From NCBI GenBank assembly GCA_043822305.1, contig JBDRBU010000051.1, forward strand, positions 1 through 38,699: a stretch of 38,699 nucleotides of DNA, given 5' to 3'. The notes below the pieces were generated by a model. It was given only the letters and a program-made list of their open reading frames with translations. It was not told the DNA's origin and did not search any database. Positions 31,856 to 38,699 of the stretch are shown here, one piece after another; the stretch's first letter is position 1, and each line of letters starts with the position of its first letter. This DNA comes from Candidatus Firestoneibacteriota bacterium (GTDB lineage Bacteria; Oederibacteriota; D2-FULL-39-29; JBDRBU01). Position numbers and translations under genes: made by a program.

Positions 31856-33283
31856 AAGTTTTTGTTGGATTTCTTTGCCAATTTTCTCTATAGTTACTAT
31901 TAAATCTTTTTCGGGAATATTAGAGATTGTTCTATCAAACAATAAAGTACTCCTTTTGATATCTATTAATTTTACATTTACAGATAATTTATTATTCTGT
32001 TTCTTAACGCTTCCCACTATTATCTTGTCTACTTTTAAATTCCTTCCAATGTCTAATGCACAATTAATTTCAAAGCACTCACTTTCCTTTTTTAAAATTT
32101 TTATCATTTCGTCCCGTTTCATAATAAAAAGATTATCCGAATTAGACAAAACACCTCTTAAATATTCAGTAGATTTTTTAGATTGATAAAAATCAACAAT
32201 GGCTATCGTAATCTTTTTGTCCTGCTTTATGTCTTTAACTGGTTTCGCAATCTCTTCTTTTATTTTTTTATCTTGCTTTGTATTTTCAACAGGTTTTGGT
32301 TTTTCTTTCTCTGGAACGGTGATTTTTTTATCCTGTGTTTTTTCCTTTTCTCCAAACAAAAATCCAAGAGAGAATCTATGTGTACTTCCTAAATCCCCAT
32401 ATGGGACAAACGCATAATCAATAGTCCAATTAAGATAGTTAACGCCTCCTCCAACGGTCAAACCATTAAGACCTTCAGTAGTCAAACTTTGACATCCAGC
32501 CCTGCATGTTATTCCGAACTCATCATTCAACTTATACTTATATTCTGCCCCAACACCAAAATTTACGGCATTATCTACTGGAATATTAAAATCAACACTA
32601 AAAATCCAATTACTTTCTATATAACACGCTAATCCTAATTTAATATTTAAAGGTAAGGAATATTTATCGCTAATAAACTGAACATTCGTCCCTATGTTTT
32701 GGACGACTAGGCCTATATTTATCTTGTCACTATTTATTTTATCACTGTCCATCAAAATGCTTTTCATAATTCCAAAATCCATACCTATGGCTGTGGCTGA
32801 TTCTTTTATTCTCATTGAAATGTATTTAACATTTAAACCAAACATTATATCTTCAATAACATTTGCATATGAAACTATAACCGCTAAATCCATTGGCTTA
32901 AAATCCCCAATTTCCCATCCAGTATCATCAGTCTCTATTATATTTCCATATGAAAGATATTCAATTCCAAATCCTATCTTCCCCATGTCAGTTGAAAGAG
33001 CAACTGATGCCCAGTCATAAAAAATATCTTCAAACCAAAATGCATGGGTAAAGTTCATCGTTTGAGCCTTGATTTGATTTAAACCAGCAGGATTCCAATA
33101 TATCCCTGTTGAATCATCAGACACTCCTCCATATGCATTTCCCATTCCAGTTGCCCTTGCTCCCACTCCCAATTTCAAAAACTGGGCAGCTACTGTCCCG
33201 GCATCATCTTTGTCCATAAAGGCAAAGGTCACATTTAAACATATCAAAAATATTACCGCTGCTTTTTGTAATTGCATATACAT
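31850..33283 (-). CDS. PorV/PorQ (UPF0164)-like outer-membrane beta-barrel with C-terminal CsgG-like domain
   Basis: AQFLKLGVGARATGMGNAY...IYWNPAGL, DYAFVPYGDLGSTHRFSL; then Lys-rich linker and C..INCALDIGRNLKVDKIIVGSV. Confidence 0.85.
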   Translation of the reverse strand: MYMQLQKAAVIFLICLNVTFAFMDKDDAGTVAAQFLKLGVGARATGMGNAYGGVSDDSTGIYWNPAGLNQIKAQTMNFTHAFWFEDIFYDWASVALSTDMGKIGFGIEYLSYGNIIETDDTGWEIGDFKPMDLAVIVSYANVIEDIMFGLNVKYISMRIKESATAIGMDFGIMKSILMDSDKINSDKINIGLVVQNIGTNVQFISDKYSLPLNIKLGLACYIESNWIFSVDFNIPVDNAVNFGVGAEYKYKLNDEFGITCRAGCQSLTTEGLNGLTVGGGVNYLNWTIDYAFVPYGDLGSTHRFSLGFLFGEKEKTQDKKITVPEKEKPKPVENTKQDKKIKEEIAKPVKDIKQDKKITIAIVDFYQSKKSTEYLRGVLSNSDNLFIMKRDEMIKILKKESECFEINCALDIGRNLKVDKIIVGSVKKQNNKLSVNVKLIDIKRSTLLFDRTISNIPEKDLIVTIEKIGKEIQQKLK

Positions 33284-34677
33284 CACCTCTCAATGGCAAT
33301 TTTAATTCTTTTTATATTAGATCCGTCCTTGACTACGGCTAAATATATTCCACTGGCTACATCTTTGCCTCCATTATTCTTTCCATCCCATGATTCTCTA
33401 CCATCTCCATTATTATCAACAATTTCCCTGATTAGTTCTCCTGTTATTAAATATATCTTTATAATAGCATTTTGCGTTAAATTATCAAAAATTAATATAT
33501 ATGGTGGCTTGTTAGGATTAAATGGATTAGGATATACCTTAGCACTTCCCAGATTTAATGCAGGAAGAAGCTGTAAAATAGCAAATTTAGATAAATGGTT
33601 TGTTACTCCAACCACTTTATTTAACTCAGGATATGAAGTAGATTGTAGTAGCACCCATCTTTTATGTATATCATCATACCTGCCTATAACTAACTTAGTT
33701 TCATCTAATCCAGCAACATCTGTATCTTTATATTCTAAGGTTATGGTCAACATCTTTTGTAAAGGCAAATCCTTATCTGCCTTTATTTCTACCCCTACAT
33801 TTGTAGTCTTTATCCTATCTCTATCTGATTTAGGAATTGAAACTCCATTGGATGAAACTGTCATGGTGACTACATCTGAAAATAAATTTGTTGGAACAAG
33901 AATATTTATTTTGTTAATTACTGTATATTTTACTTCACTTATTAAATTAGTACCTGCATGTGTTGTAACTTTAACATTATATACCCCCGGTAGGACACCT
34001 TCTGGAATAACTGCATTATTTATTGTTGTATCTGATATCGTGGACTGAGCGAAAGAAACATCTGTATTTGAAGCATCGTCTAATTTAATTTGCGTTACAT
34101 CCGGACTACCTGTTTCACCATAAAATTCTGTCCCATATATGGCCACAGTTGTTTGTGATGTATTTTTGAAATTATATTCTGTGTTAGGTGAAATAACTAT
34201 TTCAATATCACCAGAACTTACAGATGGCGATATATTTGTTACTGTTGGTAGTAAAGCTGAAGTCACAATAAATTTCATGGCTGATGTAGTATTCGTTCCT
34301 GCTGATGTTGTAACCTGAACATCATATGTGCCTGCGGCAATTCCTGCGGGAATAACAGCCAATTTAATTGATGTATCTGAAATTACACTATCATGAAACA
34401 TTACCTCATTACCTATACCTCCGAAGTGTGAATTACTTAATTTAACCTGGCTAACATCAGAAATAGCTGTTCCTCCGTAAAAGTATAATCCTTTGATTGT
34501 TACAGTCGTTAGAATAGCATTTGTCCCTGTAGTTGGACTTACTTCACTTACCATGGGGGTAACAGATACGCCTACAACTATATTAAAACTATCAGAAGAA
34601 GAGGCATATCCTCCCATCCCTATCAGTAAGACAGCACTTATCACTCTTAGATATGTAATAACCATATCTTTTTTCAT
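33283..34677 (-). CDS. Secreted protein: two IPT/TIG domains, ZU5/GAIN-like domain, FlgD-Ig/T9SS-type C-terminal domain
   Basis: P.V..VSP..G / GTYDVQVTTSAGT; NHLSKFAIL; VYPNPFNP...IKIY...GELIR...WDGKN..G..VASGIY. Confidence 0.8.
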   Translation of the reverse strand: MKKDMVITYLRVISAVLLIGMGGYASSSDSFNIVVGVSVTPMVSEVSPTTGTNAILTTVTIKGLYFYGGTAISDVSQVKLSNSHFGGIGNEVMFHDSVISDTSIKLAVIPAGIAAGTYDVQVTTSAGTNTTSAMKFIVTSALLPTVTNISPSVSSGDIEIVISPNTEYNFKNTSQTTVAIYGTEFYGETGSPDVTQIKLDDASNTDVSFAQSTISDTTINNAVIPEGVLPGVYNVKVTTHAGTNLISEVKYTVINKINILVPTNLFSDVVTMTVSSNGVSIPKSDRDRIKTTNVGVEIKADKDLPLQKMLTITLEYKDTDVAGLDETKLVIGRYDDIHKRWVLLQSTSYPELNKVVGVTNHLSKFAILQLLPALNLGSAKVYPNPFNPNKPPYILIFDNLTQNAIIKIYLITGELIREIVDNNGDGRESWDGKNNGGKDVASGIYLAVVKDGSNIKRIKIAIER

Positions 34678-34688
34678 TAATTCCCTCT

Positions 34689-34766
34689 TGTCATTGTGAG
34701 CCGCCGAAGGCGGAGTGGCAATCTCACAGATAAAAGAGAGATTGCTTCACTTCGTTCGCAATGACA
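34689..34766. repeat. Family-C REP doublet (REPIN-like)
   Basis: TGTCATTGTGAG..GCAATCTC (34689-34725) facing GAGATTGC..TCGCAATGACA (34738-34766). Confidence 0.85.
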
Positions 34767-34786
34767 TGTCGCCTTTTGTCTTGCGT

Positions 34787-35329
34787 CTATTCTTTATAGT
34801 CTATAGTCTGTATCAATATTTTCATATAACAGGCTAATCCAAACATCTCACCTCCTTCTGTCTTCTCTTTTATTTCAATGTAAAATTGCCACCTTCGGTC
34901 ATAACTCCCCTTTCTTCTGGGGACATTTATATAAGCAGATATCTTTTCAACATTTTCTCCCAAAACAGAGATAATTTCTTTTTCAAAAGAAATCCATTCT
35001 TTCCTGGGAATATCTTTAAATCCCTCCTCTAATTTAACATTTATTTCACTCGCTCTTTTTACTTTCAATGCATAGCATCTCGTCTTCTTTGAGTCATTCA
35101 TCACCTCAATCTTTATTGGCATCTCTACTTTTTCCCCAATCTTTACATCCTTCCAGACATAGCCAGCAGGTGATACCTTTAATCCTTTAGCCTCTAATGT
35201 CCCTATCAATAAGATAAATATTAATATTATGGAATAGGCATCCAGCCCCACCCTGTCAGATATAAAACGACTACCTGAAAAGTGAGGCATAGATGTCCGT
35301 TCCAATTTCCCCGTTTCTTCCATATCCAT
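34787..35329 (-). CDS. Secreted Ig-fold chaperone-like protein; 5' end probably disrupted
   Basis: LKVSP...IEVMN...IP.KEWISFE...INVP...W mirrors 35996..36862; the hydrophobic signal core starts only at 35230. Confidence 0.6.
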   Translation of the reverse strand: MDMEETGKLERTSMPHFSGSRFISDRVGLDAYSIILIFILLIGTLEAKGLKVSPAGYVWKDVKIGEKVEMPIKIEVMNDSKKTRCYALKVKRASEINVKLEEGFKDIPRKEWISFEKEIISVLGENVEKISAYINVPRRKGSYDRRWQFYIEIKEKTEGGEMFGLACYMKILIQTIDYKE

Positions 35330-35380
35330 ATGCTCTTCTCTTTGGATAATGATTCAGCAACATACTTAGACAACCAGCCA

Positions 35381-35406
35381 TACCGCAGTCTTAAGCCTGC
35401 GACTAC
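35381..35406 (-). repeat. GTAG-type REP (family B)
   Basis: Minus strand GTAGTCGCAGGCTTAAGACTGCGGTA. Confidence 0.85.
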
Positions 35407-35418
35407 AAAATATTTCAA

Positions 35419-35958
35419 TTAATGTATGCTCGCTGTTATCGTTGCTGTTATTGACTGCACCAATCCTGTAGTTGATATTGTCGGTGTCTTAAGTTCTGCA
35501 TATACATATCTATCAGTAGCATTAGGAATACCTGCACCACCTTCATTATAAAATGGTGTGGCTGATGTTACTGCTGTTTCTGCACTTAAATCCCCTGGGT
35601 TCCCAGCAACTGTAAATCCTTTTAACCTTAATGTGTATACATCCTGTGCTGTAGCTGCGCCTGCTGTCCAGACAGTAGCTCCTGAAGCTCCTCCTTTAAG
35701 GTCTATCTTCACTGTTGAAGTATTTTTTATCATCACACCTTGCACTGATGTCATTGTCGTGGCTGTGTTTAGCGCTTTTGCTCCAATGGCCCATGTTCCA
35801 TATGCTGTTGTTCCATCTAACTGTTTACAAAGTATTGTTAGAGTAGAGTCTACTGTAACTGTTATTGTAAATGCATCATTATCTGCTACACTTGCTTTCA
35901 CAACCAGACCACCAACCATTAAACCAACTATCAACAATATACTTATCATTTTTCTCAT
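35419..35958 (-). CDS. Secreted Thr/Ala/Gly-rich beta protein, candidate major pilin/fibre subunit
   Basis: Signal peptide after GGGGTGAG SD; N-terminal DAFTITVTV; clear paralogy to the last domain of 36871..38699. Confidence 0.7.
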   Translation of the reverse strand: MRKMISILLIVGLMVGGLVVKASVADNDAFTITVTVDSTLTILCKQLDGTTAYGTWAIGAKALNTATTMTSVQGVMIKNTSTVKIDLKGGASGATVWTAGAATAQDVYTLRLKGFTVAGNPGDLSAETAVTSATPFYNEGGAGIPNATDRYVYAELKTPTISTTGLVQSITATITASIH

Positions 35959-35995
35959 ATGTCTCACCCCCTTTTTTATTAGATTTTTTCTTTCT

Positions 35996-36862
35996 CTAAT
36001 CATCACCTCCTACTATCCAGACTCTTAAAAACCTTTTTACTAATCGGTCCGATTCAATAAAAATTATAACTTCCATCCCAATTCTATCGTAATGAATCTT
36101 TACATCCTTAGGCAAATTTATCCCAATCTTAATCTCTTTACTTTCGTTGCTTTTTATTTTTAACTTGCTCACAAGTGGCTTTACCCAGTTAACATCCTTT
36201 ATCCATTCAAAACGACTTGTTCTACTTATTGTTAAATTATCATTTTTTATATCCGGAATAAAACTTTTAATATTATATGTGCATTCTTGAACACTGTTAT
36301 TGTAAATTTTAAAATAATATAGATTTTTCTTTTTCAATTCTTTAAATTTAACATTGACTATACTTGGGACTAGACCAATCTCACCATCAGGATCCTGATT
36401 TACATTGTCTTTTGCTTTTGTTTCCATAACACAGAATGGGGCAACTCCAGTTTTCATAAAACTTTTACTGGTATCTGTTACAAAAAACGACATGGCCCAG
36501 GCTTGATTATAATACTTTTCTTCTTTGGGAATTTTTATATGGACTCGAGATGTAGCACTACCATTAGCCGGTATGACTAATTTAGTGGTTTCCAAATAAA
36601 CCCATTCTAAGTCGGGGATAGGGCTATATCCCTTTAACGATTCATCAGAAGGCATTATTGGTTCAATAACCTTAATTGTAAATTCTCTTTCTTCATTATC
36701 CGTGTTCTGGATTAAATAATCTAAACCTGTGTCTTTATCCACTCCAATTTCTATCCCTTGTATACAAATAGCAGCAGGTGATACACCAATACACCAACCT
36801 TTAAATTGACCAAGGAATATTAATACCAAGGTTATATTAAACATCATAAACATTTTATTCAT
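35996..36862 (-). CDS. Secreted two-domain Ig-fold protein, PapD/DUF916-like chaperone candidate
   Basis: Signal peptide after AGGAGG; two similar halves (GVSP..N..W...KLVIP..HIKIP and LVPS..N..WV...KLKIK..GINLP). Confidence 0.6.
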   Translation of the reverse strand: MNKMFMMFNITLVLIFLGQFKGWCIGVSPAAICIQGIEIGVDKDTGLDYLIQNTDNEEREFTIKVIEPIMPSDESLKGYSPIPDLEWVYLETTKLVIPANGSATSRVHIKIPKEEKYYNQAWAMSFFVTDTSKSFMKTGVAPFCVMETKAKDNVNQDPDGEIGLVPSIVNVKFKELKKKNLYYFKIYNNSVQECTYNIKSFIPDIKNDNLTISRTSRFEWIKDVNWVKPLVSKLKIKSNESKEIKIGINLPKDVKIHYDRIGMEVIIFIESDRLVKRFLRVWIVGGDD

Positions 36863-36870
36863 ATATCCTC

Positions 36871-38699
36871 CTAATTCCCAATACAAGAGATTGTCACTGT
36901 AATTATTTGCTGCTGTCCACTTGTTACACTGGATGGTATTTTAAGATAGATGTATAATTTTCTTCCAGTGTTAATTCCTACGGCAACTCCATTACTTAAT
37001 CCTTCAAACTTACCATTGCCACTCGATACTGTAGCCCAGGCTAAAGTCCCTGAGACTAAATCATATGTTGTAGAGAAATCTCCCCCTTGAGGTGCAGTAT
37101 CCCCATTAAATAATCCCATAAGAACGGCTATATCCTGTCCAACGGCACTACCCAGACTCCAGTTACTACATGCAGCTGATAAACCCATATCTTCTGTTAC
37201 ATTTCCATCGTTTTTTACCAAGACACAGTTAGTTCCACCCATTATAGTTACTGTACTTGTAGCCACATTAGTTCCCAGACTCCATTCAGTATAATCTCCT
37301 GTATCATCTGCATTCCTCAATGTTACCGATAAATACTCGGAAACAATAAATTTCACATCACTTGTTCCATTCGTTCCTACAGTTGTCGTTACCTGGACAT
37401 TATAAGTTCCGGCTAAACATCCAGATGGAACTATCCCATTTATTATCGTCGTGTCACTTGTTACACTCCAGCTGGTGAAATTATAACTATTCACTCCATT
37501 ATTTATCTTCACCTGACTTACATTGTTACTTCCAACACCTCCATAAAAGTTCAATCCAGTGATTGAGACCGTAGTTGAAGAAAGATAAGAACCAGTACTC
37601 GGTACCACATTTGTTACTCTTGGTCCTGCCTTTATCTCAAATTTAATTGTACTCGTTGAATTTGTTCCTCCTGATGTTGTCACTTTCACATCGTAGGTCG
37701 CTACTACACATCCACTCGGTACTATCCCATTTATTATCGTCGTATCACTTGTTACTGACCAACTGCTTAAATTATAATTATTACTTCCACTGTCTATCTT
37801 CACATTGCTTATATTATTATTTCCTGTCCCTCCATAAAATCCAGTCCCTGTAATTGATATCGTCGTTACACTATTATCCGCTCCGAACACAGGCGATACA
37901 TTCGTTACTGTTGGCACTAGTGCTGTTATTACAAATTGGACTGTGCTGGTCGTATTCGTCCCTTCACTTGTTGTTACTCGGACATTGTAAGTTCCACCTA
38001 CACATCCACTCGGAACAACCGCATTTATGATTGTGCCATCACTCGTTACCGACCAACTGCTAAAATTATAATTATTACTTCCACTGTCTATCTTCACATT
38101 GGTTACATCATTGCTACTTCCTCCTCCATAAAAGCCCGTCCCTGTGATTGAGACTGTTGTTGTCGATGAATTAGAACCAGTACTCGGTACCACATTCGTT
38201 ACTGTTGGCAGGACTAATGTTACCTTGCTAAACTTTATATTATATGGGTTTGCAGTTCCTTCATACCATATCACTGGAACAGTAGAAGAATCTCCTTTTG
38301 AATAGACCGTATGTGCTCTGTAATTGTTAAGTGCATCATTGGTAAGATTTGAAGCCGTGCTATCCCAACTTGTCCCATTATAATTTTTATAGACAATATT
38401 TGCTGCTCCACTAACTGCATTTGACCAGAAACACCATAAGTTGACCCCATCAGTAGCAAGTGATGAATCTCTTGTGTTTGCACCTTGAACAAGAGTTGGA
38501 GTACCCAACCAACTTGTTCCATTATAATATGTATGTTTAACTCTATAACTATATTGTTCAGACCAGACTATATGAATATATCCATCATTAGTAACACATA
38601 CTGAAAACCTGTCATAAACATCAGTAGCACCTGTAATATTTGCTTTGGCTGACCAAACTGATCCATTCCAATAACTCCATGGAAGCGCATCATCATCTC
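36871..38699 (-). CDS. Large adhesin-like protein (5'-partial): beta-propeller-like repeats, three IPT/TIG domains, pilin-like C-terminal domain
   Basis: Frame is open to the window edge (DDDALPWSYWNGSVW...); (W/Y)NG.SW-type repeats; three ~98-aa IPT units with near-identical DNA stretches (e.g. 37757 and 38051). Confidence 0.8.
   Translation of the reverse strand, partial: DDDALPWSYWNGSVWSAKANITGATDVYDRFSVCVTNDGYIHIVWSEQYSYRVKHTYYNGTSWLGTPTLVQGANTRDSSLATDGVNLWCFWSNAVSGAANIVYKNYNGTSWDSTASNLTNDALNNYRAHTVYSKGDSSTVPVIWYEGTANPYNIKFSKVTLVLPTVTNVVPSTGSNSSTTTVSITGTGFYGGGSSNDVTNVKIDSGSNNYNFSSWSVTSDGTIINAVVPSGCVGGTYNVRVTTSEGTNTTSTVQFVITALVPTVTNVSPVFGADNSVTTISITGTGFYGGTGNNNISNVKIDSGSNNYNLSSWSVTSDTTIINGIVPSGCVVATYDVKVTTSGGTNSTSTIKFEIKAGPRVTNVVPSTGSYLSSTTVSITGLNFYGGVGSNNVSQVKINNGVNSYNFTSWSVTSDTTIINGIVPSGCLAGTYNVQVTTTVGTNGTSDVKFIVSEYLSVTLRNADDTGDYTEWSLGTNVATSTVTIMGGTNCVLVKNDGNVTEDMGLSAACSNWSLGSAVGQDIAVLMGLFNGDTAPQGGDFSTTYDLVSGTLAWATVSSGNGKFEGLSNGVAVGINTGRKLYIYLKIPSSVTSGQQQIITVTISCIGN

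Overview
AT-rich bacterial chromosome segment, almost entirely on the minus strand. The host is probably a diderm (PorV-like barrel, T9SS/FlgD-type C-terminal domain, PilT, TatC); the phylum cannot be fixed from sequence alone. It carries housekeeping genes (coaD, rsmD, recG, rpmB, ridA, rdgB, rph, murI, purA, pilT, pyrD/pyrK, tatC, carB, cysK-metY-metX-metW), tRNA-Pro(TGG), tRNA-Leu(CAA) and the left end of an IS30-like element. Two things stand out. (1) An HUH/Y1 RAYT-type transposase is bracketed by a perfect 23-bp inverted repeat. The motif recurs across the window as a mini-element and as solo copies that often supply the stop codon of the adjacent gene. At least four other small hairpin (REP-like) families are present; they insert in frame into proteins, nest in one another and are often flanked by 8-13 bp tandem duplications. 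(2) A six-gene surface cluster at 31.8-38.7 kb reads like a donor-strand pilus: beta-propeller/IPT tip adhesin, major subunit, two chaperone-like proteins, an anchor subunit with a T9SS-like C-terminal domain and a GPS-like HL|S motif, and a PorV-like barrel. No usher or sortase is visible in the window.
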